Positions 44,339 through 52,832 of a stretch of DNA of 64,000 nucleotides are shown here, one piece after another. Numbering within the stretch: position 1 is the stretch's first letter; the number at the start of each line of letters is the position of its first letter. The notes under the pieces were generated by a model that saw only the letters and a program-made list of their open reading frames with translations, did not search any database and was not told the DNA's origin. The position numbers and the translations under genes were made by a program. The stretch comes from an uncultured Anaerolineae bacterium (GTDB taxonomy: Bacteria; Chloroflexota; Anaerolineae; Fen-1058): assembly GCA_964550855.1 (NCBI GenBank), contig CAZKBQ010000018.1, positions 3,841 through 67,840 on the forward strand, given 5' to 3'.

Positions 44339-47300
44339 CTACCACTTGCCCTGCGTGCAGACCTTGCCGTACAGCTTGGCCTGCGCCGAGACTTTGCCGT
44401 TGCGCAGCAGCCACTCCGGCCCGCCACTGATGGTGGGCTGCAATCCTCCCTTGCTGGGATCAAACGTGATCGGCCCGAGTTCGCCCATGGGTGTGGCAAC
44501 CAAGCCGCAGTCGTCGAACTTGATGTTCAAGCCCACGCCGCCGACGCCGCCAAACACCGCCTTGCCTTCCACGCCGATCTCGGAACCGGGCGGCTCCAGT
44601 CCGCCGTTGTCCACGCCCACGTTCACGCCCACGCCAAAACCCACCTCGCCGCAGAATGATGCACCCTCGGACGTGATGCAGGTCTGCACGCCGCCGCCGA
44701 TGCCAGCGTAAGCCGAGACGCCGATGCAGAACAGCCCCAGCGGGTCGCGCAGATTGATCGGGTCATTGCCAACATACACGTACAGGTTGGCCTGCTGCCC
44801 GCCGAAGAAGATCGGATCGCGCGCCGTCCAGCGGCCCGCTGCCGGATCGTAATCGCGGAAGCCGAAGCGCACTAGGCCGGTGGCCGCATCGCTCAGGCCG
44901 CCCGCAAAACCGATCGGCAGATCGAAGCCCGGCGCGCTGTCGTTGACGACGTTGCCGAAGCTGTCATACTCGATCGCTTTCACCACCTGCCCGGCCGCAT
45001 CGGCCACTACGCGCGGCGAACCCACTTGATCGGTGGCGATGGTATAGCGCGCCCCGTTGCGATCCATCGCAAAGATCAGCCCATTGTCGTCATAGTAAAA
45101 CACGCTGAGCTGACCGCCCGGGCTGCGCACCGCCGATAGCTGGAACGGATTGTTCGGATTGCCATACAGATACTGCGTCGTCCCGTTCACATCCGATCGG
45201 CCCACGCGGCGATTGAGCGCATCGTACGCATACGTGATCGTCTGCGCGCCCACCGTCGCGCTGATCAGCTCGCCGCGCGCGCTGTAGCGGAACGTATCGC
45301 TGCCGCGCTGCCGCAGGTAGCCGTCCACGTCGAATTGATAACTCACGCCGCCCAACGCCGTCAAGCGATCTTGCGTGTCATACGTCGCCGTGATGATCGG
45401 CCCGGCGTTGAGCTGCTTCGACAACCGGTTGCCGTTGAGGTCATAGGTGTATGCCTCGCTGACCGCGCCGTCGCGCGCCACCTGTATCAGCCGTCCATCG
45501 GCGTCATACGTGTACGTGAAAACGTGCGTGCTGCCCGCCGTCTCGGTCTTGCTTGAGATGCGGCCGACGTTATCGTAGCTCAGCTGCATCTGATAGACCG
45601 GCTGACCCGCCGCCGTGTGCGTGCGGCTGATCACGCGCGCCAGTGTGTCATAGGCCAGCGTCGTCGTCAGCACGTTGTCGCGCAGCAGGCTGGCCGTGCG
45701 GCCGGGGCCGTTGCGCGTGATGGTGTACGGGCCATAGCTCGTCAACAGGCCATCGGCGTCGTAGCCCAGCGTCAGCGTGACGTTATCCAACTGCCAGCCC
45801 GTCAGCAGGAAGCGATTGTTGTACGTGTAGGTGAACACACCCTGCGCCGCGCCCGACCACGCCGCGCCCGTGACGAAGCTGCCCTGATAGCTCAGTCCGA
45901 TCGACTGCGCGGGGCCGCTGGTCGGGGTGCGCGTCAACGTCGTCGCCCGATCGGTTGGATCGGCATAGCCGAATTGAATGGCCGCTTCGGGATAAGTGTA
46001 ACCACTAACACGCCCGCTGCTGTCGTAGCTGCGCGTCACCGCGCGGCCGCCCGGCAGCGTGGCGCCCGCCAGTGAGTGATCCGCGTTGTGCGCGAACAGA
46101 TATGCGGCGTTGCCCGGCGGCGTGTAGCCGGCAGCCTGATTGAGCGCGTCGTAGCCCAGCAGATGCGTTGAGCCATCGGGCATGACGATGTGCGTGCGGT
46201 TGCCGCTGCCGTCGTAGTCAAAGCCCAGCGTGCGGCTGCTGGGCAGCGTCACGGTGATCAAGCGCCCGACGTTGTCGTAAGCGTAAACGATCTGATCACC
46301 GGAAGCCGCCGTGCGCGCGCTCAACTGCTGCGCGGTGTCATACGCATAGCTCCAGCGTTGATTGCCCTGCGCCGATTGGCTGAGCTGGCCCGACGCGTTG
46401 TACGTGTAGGTGATGGGTGCCTGTCCCGGCGCCAGCGTCGTGCTGACGACGCGCCCCCACAGGTCGAGCTGCGCCACGCTGCGTTGACCGGCGGGCGTCG
46501 TCGTGGTGATCAGGCGATTGGCCGTCGTGAACGTGATGACTGTCGTCGCGCCGTTCTTGCCCAGCCGATCGACCACGCGCTGCACGCTGAACGGATCATC
46601 GGGGATGCCCAGTATCACCGCGCGCGAGTAAGTCTGCGTCGCCGTGATGCCGCCCGGCAGCGTCAGCGTCACCGTCTGCGGCAGCGAAGCCAGCATCCCC
46701 CAGCGCGGATCGGGCATCTCGATGCGCTCGATGGTGGACCCATCCGCGAACAGCGTCAACTGTGAACCGTCGGGCCGCAGATATGATTCGGTGCGCGCGC
46801 CGCTTGGTTCGGTCCGCGCGCGCAGCACCGTGCCGTTGCCCGCGTCGCGCACTTCGTACGTGGTGGTGCGGCTCAACGGCGATTGCACGTCCACCCGGTA
46901 GCCGTCGGCCAATTTCGTGCGCGTGAGCGTCGTCACGCCCTGCGCCGCGTTTTCGTCGCGGATCAGATAGCCGTCGGCGTCGTAGGTAAACTTCGATACG
47001 CCGCCGCGCGGATCGATCAGCTGCGTCAGCAGACCGGTCGAAGTGGTGGTCAACGTGATCGCCTGCCCGCTGTCGTAAGACACCGAGGAGAGATAGCCGT
47101 TGGCGTCGAGCGCCAGGTGCGTGGTCTGGCCGCCGGGCGCAACGATGCCGATCGGGTGGCCGTTGCCGTCGCGCTGGATCGTCGTCGTATTGCTGAAGGC
47201 ATCGGCGATCGTGATCAATCGTCCGCTCGCGTCGTAACCAAATTGCAGCTGCAGCGTGCCCGTGATCGGATCGACGGTGCGCAGATGCCGCCCGGTGAGG

Positions 47301-50218
47301 TCGAAGACGTAAGCTTCCGAGCCGTCTTCGGCGGGCACGACGATTTCAGCGGGATTCAGGCCCGTGACTTTGGGCGGCGCGGCGCGGCGGATGCGGAAGT
47401 TGCCCGTATCGGCGATGTACACACTGCCATCGGGCGCCACGGCCACGCTGTTGGGCAGCGTCAACGAGGTGCGCCGGCCCGGCAACCCGTCGCCGTTGTA
47501 ACCGTTCATGCCCGCCACGCCGATACCCGCCAGGGTCGCGATGTCACCGTCGGTGCCCACCACGCGGATGCGTGAGTTGACCTGATCGGTGATGTACAAC
47601 CGTCCCAGCCTATCCACTGCCAGGCCCATGGGGCGGCTGAGCTGTGCCACCGTGGCGGGGCCGCCGTCGCCGCTGAAGCCACTGGTGCCGTTGCCCGCCA
47701 CCGTGTTGATGATGCCGTCCGGCCCGATGCGGCGCACGGTGTTCATGAAGAAGTCGGAGAAGTAGAGGCTGCCGTCCGGCCCGACGGCAATGCCGTGCGC
47801 TGCATTGATGCGCGCCTGACTGGCCGGCAGCCCATCGTCGTTGCTGAAACCGGCTTGCATCCCCGTCCCCGCGATGGTCGTGATCAGGCCGTCGGGGCTG
47901 ACGCGCCGGACGCGGAACTGGCTTTCCTGCGCGATGTACAAGCTGCCGTCCGGTCCCACCGCGATGGCCGCGGGCGACCAGAGATTGGCCGAGGTCGCTG
48001 GAATGTTGTCGCCGTTGTAAGCCGTGGCGCCTGTGCCCGCCACGGTGGTGATGATGCCGTTGGCATCGATGCGGCGAATGCGGTGATTGCCGGTATCGGC
48101 GATGTACAGACTGCCATCCGGCCCCACTGCCACATCGCGCGGCAGGTTCAACTGCGCGCCCAACGCCGGGCGATTGTCGCCGTTGTAGCCGCCAAGCCCG
48201 GTGCCGGTCACGCGCGTGATGATGCCCGTCGTCGAGATTTGCCGCACCCAGCTGGCCGACCGATCAACCACGTACCAGCTGCCGTCCGGAGCAAAGTCCA
48301 CCGCGTATGGCGCGCCGAGCGCGGCCTGGGTGGCCGTAATGCCCTCACCGGTGAAGCCGGACACGCCCGTGCCGGCCACCGTGTTGACCACAGCGCCCGC
48401 CGCATCGATGGCGCGCTGCTCGCCGGTGCCCATGTACAGCACGTCGCGATTGATGTCGTACTTGTGATACGGGCTGAGGCTCCAGCCGCCCAGACCGAAT
48501 TGCTGCGCGTTCAGGTTATACAACGTCACCCGGAATTCCTGCCGGATTTCCACTTCCTGCCGCGCGCGCACGGCCGTGAGCGCGTCGCCGAACAGGGCAA
48601 AGGCCACATTGTTCTGTGCGGGGGTGCGATAGACCGCTTGATACACGTACTTAAGCACCACGGTGGCGACTTGCGTGCCCTGCACCACGTTGCCGTTCAC
48701 GTCTTTGCCATCCCAGACAAAGGTGTAGCTCTGTCCGCTGGTGGCCGGGAACGATTTCTCGATCTTGCGCCCGGCGATCAGGATATCCACATCGATGCGC
48801 TTCACCTCGGGCGGCAACGTCACACCCTCACTCAAAGGGATCACAATCGTCCGATCGACCACACGCCCCGGCACGCGATCGCTGGTGTAGTGGAGTTGAA
48901 AGGGTGTACCCGGCACAGGCAGCACTTCGCCCAGCACCTGATTCTGACACGCGATGATCGAGCCACGTCGGATACATGGGCGTGGGGTGGTTTCGGCGCG
49001 CGGCATCGACTGCCGGGGCGCAACCGCGCCCTCGGGCGGGCCGAACGGCCAGTTGCAGTCCCACGCGCTGAAGTGCGGAATGGGCACGCGCCACAGCGTC
49101 TGCCCGGCCTGATAGAGCGTCGCCAGGTTTTGTCGCTCGGCCAACGTGATGGTGAGGTCCATCGTCGAAGTGACGACATCGCCGTTGTCGATCACACCGT
49201 CGCCGTCGGTGTCAAGATTCGCCGCGCCGCCGGTGATGCTGACGATCTTCACCACCCGACCGTTCTCCGAGCCGATCCAGGCCGCCTTGTTCCGATCGTA
49301 ATAGCCGGTGGGCACGGCCATACCGGTGTCAAAACCCAGGAAGTTTTCACTGTAATGAATGAGCGGCTGACTGAAGCGCACTTCCGTGGCGCCGGCGGCC
49401 AGCGCTTCGTCCACGCTGTATTCCAGCGCATACGTGTAACCGCTGGCGGGCGGCAATTCGGCGGGCATGGCCTGCGGGCCGTTGGGCCCCACGGTGTACT
49501 CGGTGGCGCGCACGTTCAACGTCGTCAACGTCTGCGTCACGCCGCCGGGCAGCACCAGCTCGGCCTGCGTGCCGGCCGGAAAGAAGATGCGCGCCTGCCG
49601 CGTGCCGTCGTCGTCGGTCATCACGCTGCCCTGCGCCACCTGCATGCCGCCCGCGTTCAGATCGATGGTCGTGACGTTCGCATCCAGCGTCAGCAATGCC
49701 ACTTCGGGCAGCAGCGCGTAATCGCGCATCGCCGGCGTGATCTGGCGCTGCGCGGGCAAATAACCAACCTTCTCGTAATTCACGGTCAGCAGTGTGCCGC
49801 CGTTGACGAGCAATTCAAACAACCCGTCGGCATCGGTCAGTGCCGCGCCATATTCGGGATGCTGCTTGATGCTGACCGTCACGCCAGGCAAAGCTGCGCC
49901 ATTGTGCGTACAGACCTTGCCGCGCAGCACGGCCGCTGTCTGCGGATCAATCATGGCGGTTGCCACCTGCAGCCAATCGGGTTGTGGCAGCCCCAACGGA
50001 TTGCCGTCCGGCGCGGCGAGCGTCGCGCCGCTGCGCCGCATGAGTGGCAGGAACAGCTTGAACAAATTCGTCTCGGCCGCGGTGCAGATCGCGGCTGCGG
50101 ACACAGCCGGCCTTGACGGCAGCGCATCGGTGCTCAGCCACGGCGCAAACAGCGTCGTGACGATGAGGATGAGTGACAGCCCGAGCGAGAATGAGCGTGA
50201 ATGGTGAGTCGAGTGCAT
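44339..50218 (-). CDS. Teneurin-like secreted protein: carboxypeptidase-regulatory-like domain, NHL beta-propeller, YD/RHS repeat shell, RHS core with DPLGL motif, 130-aa Gly/Cys-rich C-terminal domain
   Basis: 1959 aa with a signal-like N-terminus. LRGKVCTHNGAALPGVTVSI...TDADGLFEL. Six NHL-like blades (for example GDGGPATVAQLSRPMGLAVDRLGRLYITDQVNSRIRVV). Many YD repeats (YTYDADGRLI, YAYDNVGRLITV, YAYDALNRRV). Core GFRDYDPAAGRWTARDPIFFGGQQANLYVYVGNDPINLRDPLGL. Confidence 0.92.
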   Translation of the reverse strand: MHSTHHSRSFSLGLSLILIVTTLFAPWLSTDALPSRPAVSAAAICTAAETNLFKLFLPLMRRSGATLAAPDGNPLGLPQPDWLQVATAMIDPQTAAVLRGKVCTHNGAALPGVTVSIKQHPEYGAALTDADGLFELLVNGGTLLTVNYEKVGYLPAQRQITPAMRDYALLPEVALLTLDANVTTIDLNAGGMQVAQGSVMTDDDGTRQARIFFPAGTQAELVLPGGVTQTLTTLNVRATEYTVGPNGPQAMPAELPPASGYTYALEYSVDEALAAGATEVRFSQPLIHYSENFLGFDTGMAVPTGYYDRNKAAWIGSENGRVVKIVSITGGAANLDTDGDGVIDNGDVVTSTMDLTITLAERQNLATLYQAGQTLWRVPIPHFSAWDCNWPFGPPEGAVAPRQSMPRAETTPRPCIRRGSIIACQNQVLGEVLPVPGTPFQLHYTSDRVPGRVVDRTIVIPLSEGVTLPPEVKRIDVDILIAGRKIEKSFPATSGQSYTFVWDGKDVNGNVVQGTQVATVVLKYVYQAVYRTPAQNNVAFALFGDALTAVRARQEVEIRQEFRVTLYNLNAQQFGLGGWSLSPYHKYDINRDVLYMGTGEQRAIDAAGAVVNTVAGTGVSGFTGEGITATQAALGAPYAVDFAPDGSWYVVDRSASWVRQISTTGIITRVTGTGLGGYNGDNRPALGAQLNLPRDVAVGPDGSLYIADTGNHRIRRIDANGIITTVAGTGATAYNGDNIPATSANLWSPAAIAVGPDGSLYIAQESQFRVRRVSPDGLITTIAGTGMQAGFSNDDGLPASQARINAAHGIAVGPDGSLYFSDFFMNTVRRIGPDGIINTVAGNGTSGFSGDGGPATVAQLSRPMGLAVDRLGRLYITDQVNSRIRVVGTDGDIATLAGIGVAGMNGYNGDGLPGRRTSLTLPNSVAVAPDGSVYIADTGNFRIRRAAPPKVTGLNPAEIVVPAEDGSEAYVFDLTGRHLRTVDPITGTLQLQFGYDASGRLITIADAFSNTTTIQRDGNGHPIGIVAPGGQTTHLALDANGYLSSVSYDSGQAITLTTTSTGLLTQLIDPRGGVSKFTYDADGYLIRDENAAQGVTTLTRTKLADGYRVDVQSPLSRTTTYEVRDAGNGTVLRARTEPSGARTESYLRPDGSQLTLFADGSTIERIEMPDPRWGMLASLPQTVTLTLPGGITATQTYSRAVILGIPDDPFSVQRVVDRLGKNGATTVITFTTANRLITTTTPAGQRSVAQLDLWGRVVSTTLAPGQAPITYTYNASGQLSQSAQGNQRWSYAYDTAQQLSARTAASGDQIVYAYDNVGRLITVTLPSSRTLGFDYDGSGNRTHIVMPDGSTHLLGYDALNQAAGYTPPGNAAYLFAHNADHSLAGATLPGGRAVTRSYDSSGRVSGYTYPEAAIQFGYADPTDRATTLTRTPTSGPAQSIGLSYQGSFVTGAAWSGAAQGVFTYTYNNRFLLTGWQLDNVTLTLGYDADGLLTSYGPYTITRNGPGRTASLLRDNVLTTTLAYDTLARVISRTHTAAGQPVYQMQLSYDNVGRISSKTETAGSTHVFTYTYDADGRLIQVARDGAVSEAYTYDLNGNRLSKQLNAGPIITATYDTQDRLTALGGVSYQFDVDGYLRQRGSDTFRYSARGELISATVGAQTITYAYDALNRRVGRSDVNGTTQYLYGNPNNPFQLSAVRSPGGQLSVFYYDDNGLIFAMDRNGARYTIATDQVGSPRVVADAAGQVVKAIEYDSFGNVVNDSAPGFDLPIGFAGGLSDAATGLVRFGFRDYDPAAGRWTARDPIFFGGQQANLYVYVGNDPINLRDPLGLFCIGVSAYAGIGGGVQTCITSEGASFCGEVGFGVGVNVGVDNGGLEPPGSEIGVEGKAVFGGVGGVGLNIKFDDCGLVATPMGELGPITFDPSKGGLQPTISGGPEWLLRNGKVSAQAKLYGKVCTQGKW

Positions 50219-50293
50219 TAGGTAGTCTCCTCAAGATCAAGCTGGCGACCCACCGCCCGGTCGGGCAGCGGGTCGGGAACAGACCGCGATCGA

Positions 50294-51685
50294 TTAGTTG
50301 TTGGCGGCGCCGTCAACGCCCAGATCGTAACTGTGGCTGAAGCGATTATCGGGATCGTACAGCGACTTGAGCGCCTGCAAGCGACGATACGCTTCCGGCG
50401 CGAAGCCCTCGCGCGAATGCGCCACCGCTTCTTCACCTTCCAGAAAGTTCAAATACACGCCGCCGGTCAGATGAGGCTGCAGCGCGTCTTTGAGCTGCGC
50501 CGCGCGTTGTCGAAAACCGGCTTCCATCTCAGGTGTGGCGGCCATGCCGATCAGGTACAGCACATGCGGAGCGAGGCGATGGCTATATGCATTGCTCCGT
50601 GGATCAACCCGCGCCATGGCGCCGCCGGCGTGACGCACCTCGGTTATAACGAGGGGCGATGGCTCGTGTCTGGCCGCGCCGTGATCGATCAGCGTCGCCA
50701 ACGTCTCATCACTCAAGTCTTTCAGCCATGCCCCGGTGGTTGCGCCCGGCATCGGATCGACCGGATCGTTGCTGACTTTGGCGATGTCGGAGAAAGGCCG
50801 CGCCGCGAAGTCGTCGATGAGCGGCGCCTGCCAGTCGCGCCAGAACTTCAGCAGAGCTTCGCCCTGCTCGATCGGCCCGCAGTACGCCCCACGGATCTGC
50901 GCGATGGTCTGGCCGCGCAGTGCTTCGGGGAAGAACGGCAGCGGCGGATAGTTCATGATCACGATGGCGGAGGTGAGTTCATCGGGCGCGTCCGCGATCC
51001 ACTCGCGATAACGGGCGAACACTTCGGGCGCGCGATCGATCGGGTAATAGAGATTGCCGCCATAAAACTCGGTCACGGGATACAGGCGCACTTCCATGCC
51101 GGCGACGACGCCCAGGCCGCCCCCGCCGCCGCGCAGCGCCCAGAACAAATCGGTGTTCTGCGCCGCGCTGGCTTCCACCATTTCGCCGTCAGCGGTGACC
51201 ACTTCAAAACAGTTGACGCTGTCGATGGACAGACCGTATTTGCGCGCCAGCCAGCCCATGCCGCCGCCCAGCGTGTAACCGATCGCGCCGACGTCGGGCG
51301 CCGAGCCGAGCAGCGGGGCCAGCCCCACGGCCTGCGCCTGCGCCAGCACCTTGCCCCATTTCGCGCCCGCGCTGATCCAGGCTGTGCGCGCTTCGGCATT
51401 CACGCGCACGTCGGTCATGCGGGATGTGAGAATGAGCAGGCTGTCATTAGCCGGTCGGATGACGCCGTGGCCGGTGGCCTGCACGGCCACTTTCAGATCG
51501 GCTTCGCGCGCGTAACGCACGGCAGCGGCGATGTCGGCGGCGCTCTGCGCAGCGACGATCACCGCCGGGTGTTGATCGACTGCCAGGTTCCATGCGGCGC
51601 GCAGTTCGTCGTAATGCGCTTCGCCCGGCGCGGCCACCGTGCCCTGCACGCGGGCCGCCAGTTGAGAGGTTACAGTAGTTGTCAT
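50294..51685 (-). CDS. FAD-binding oxidoreductase (PCMH-type FAD domain with BBE-like C-terminus)
   Basis: ATGHGV, GAIGYTLGGGMGWLARKYGLSIDSV, ENTDLFWALRGGGGGLGVV. C-terminus YLNFLEGEE...RLQALKSLYDPDNRF. Confidence 0.9.
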   Translation of the reverse strand: MTTTVTSQLAARVQGTVAAPGEAHYDELRAAWNLAVDQHPAVIVAAQSAADIAAAVRYAREADLKVAVQATGHGVIRPANDSLLILTSRMTDVRVNAEARTAWISAGAKWGKVLAQAQAVGLAPLLGSAPDVGAIGYTLGGGMGWLARKYGLSIDSVNCFEVVTADGEMVEASAAQNTDLFWALRGGGGGLGVVAGMEVRLYPVTEFYGGNLYYPIDRAPEVFARYREWIADAPDELTSAIVIMNYPPLPFFPEALRGQTIAQIRGAYCGPIEQGEALLKFWRDWQAPLIDDFAARPFSDIAKVSNDPVDPMPGATTGAWLKDLSDETLATLIDHGAARHEPSPLVITEVRHAGGAMARVDPRSNAYSHRLAPHVLYLIGMAATPEMEAGFRQRAAQLKDALQPHLTGGVYLNFLEGEEAVAHSREGFAPEAYRRLQALKSLYDPDNRFSHSYDLGVDGAANN

Positions 51686-51715
51686 GAGTCTCCTTTGATG
51701 AATGGGTGATGTGAA

Positions 51716-52147
51716 TCAGGCTTTGACGACGCGGCACGGCTCGGCGACCATGAAGAAGCCGAGTTCGCCGCCTTTAATCGTGCCCTCGATCGTGATCGTC
51801 TGCCCGATCGAGATACCGTCCGCGTCGGCGGCGTTGGTGAGATAGCACTGCAGACCGGGCTCGTTTTCAGACTCGCGCAGCAGCAGAGCCTTGACGTCAA
51901 ACACATCATTGATGTTGGTGACCTTGCCGCTCATAATCAGAGTTTGGCCTTTGTACTGCGCGTCAGCGGCGGCCTGATCGGCTTCATATGCCTTGATGAT
52001 GTCCGCCGTCGGGACAACAGGGACCGGGGTCGCGGGCGCGGCGACCGTGGCAGTTGGATCGGCGGCGGGCGTGGGCGAGACCGCGCATCCGGCCAGGCTG
52101 ATCGCCAACGCCGCGATCGACCACAGATGGATCAGACGTCGAATCAT
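51716..52147 (-). CDS. Lipoprotein with OB-fold (tRNA_anti-like) domain
   Basis: ATG 52147 (MIRRLIHLWSIAALAISLAGCAV, lipobox LAGC) with an AAGGAG SD. The domain pattern ADIIKAYEADQAAADAQYKGQTLIMSGKV...GQTITIEGTIKG resembles PF12869-type OB folds. Confidence 0.6.
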   Translation of the reverse strand: MIRRLIHLWSIAALAISLAGCAVSPTPAADPTATVAAPATPVPVVPTADIIKAYEADQAAADAQYKGQTLIMSGKVTNINDVFDVKALLLRESENEPGLQCYLTNAADADGISIGQTITIEGTIKGGELGFFMVAEPCRVVKA

Positions 52148-52179
52148 GATGAACACTCCTTCTTGAGTTAAGTCAGGTG

Positions 52180-52530
52180 CTAGCACGGCGACCAGTAGAT
52201 GTGATCGCCGTCGAGGATCAGTCGGGGCGCAGACAATCGATCGGGGTGGAACCGCCACGTCATGACCGGTTCGAGGTTGCGCGGCGTCGTCAAGGCCGAT
52301 CGATCGGTTTCAAAATCCAGTTGAAGGTTGAGGCGATCAGACTGAATGCCGACCGCGGTATAGACACGGGTGACGTATGAGACGCCGTCGATCAACCGGT
52401 GCACATCGCGCACCTCGAGCAGTCCCGACCATTCGTCGGTGGATGACGGCGCCTTGATCGCGTACTCAAAGACCCGCGCGGTTGAGTCGTCAAGGATGAC
52501 GCGCTTTTCAAAACTGCCAGTGATGGTCAT
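52180..52530 (-). CDS. Hypothetical protein (116 aa)
   Basis: ATG 52530 (MTITGSFEKRVILDD...) preceded by a GGGGGG/GGAGCGGGG purine run. It lies 32 nt upstream of the OB-fold gene. No family recognised. Confidence 0.5.
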   Translation of the reverse strand: MTITGSFEKRVILDDSTARVFEYAIKAPSSTDEWSGLLEVRDVHRLIDGVSYVTRVYTAVGIQSDRLNLQLDFETDRSALTTPRNLEPVMTWRFHPDRLSAPRLILDGDHIYWSPC

Positions 52531-52601
52531 GCTGTTCCCCCCGCTCCGTCCGGCATCCCGCCGGGACGGTAACACCCGTGTTTCGCTCGAGACTACGGTC
52601 A

Positions 52602-52725
52602 CATCTTATAACAGCGGAGGTTGAAACACATCGGCGGGTTGCGAGAAATTGCGCTCGGAGGAAGAGGAGATTTACGAGTGGTGGTGTGGTGAGTCAGTCA
52701 GCCGCAGTGACTACGTCAAATGGCC
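52602..52725 (-). promoter_or_regulatory. Copy 1 of the conserved 124-nt promoter/leader cassette
   Basis: Sense (minus) strand: GGCCATTTGACGTAG..CTGACTCACC..TAAATCTCCTCTTCCTCCGAGCG.AATTTCTCG..CGATGTG-N17-ATAAGATG. It ends 72 nt upstream of ATG 52530. Confidence 0.6.
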
Positions 52726-52760
52726 GAGGGCACGAGGGGCAGCTCACTTTTACGGGTCAT

Positions 52761-52797
52761 ACCAAGAGAGGGCCGCTCATCGCAGCCCTCTCTTGGT
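52761..52797 (-). terminator. Stem-loop after the Nbr1_FW lipoprotein gene; homologous to the hairpin at 43714-43746
   Basis: ACCAAGAGAGGGC (52761-52773), loop CGCTCATCGCA, GCCCTCTCTTGGT (52785-52797): a 13-bp perfect stem. Confidence 0.65.
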
Positions 52798-52832
52798 CTT
52801 TGCAACCTGGCTTTCTGGCGCAAACGGCTTCG

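Noticed and set aside
52578-52760. Similar basic peptides (..RRKRRF/I..) translated from the plus strand of cassette copies 1, 2 and 4, suggesting a small conserved ORF
   Set aside because: The similarity only reflects nucleotide conservation. In copy 3 the same blocks fall in a different frame (SEKEEM), there is no consistent start or SD, and the orientation is opposite to the flanking genes.
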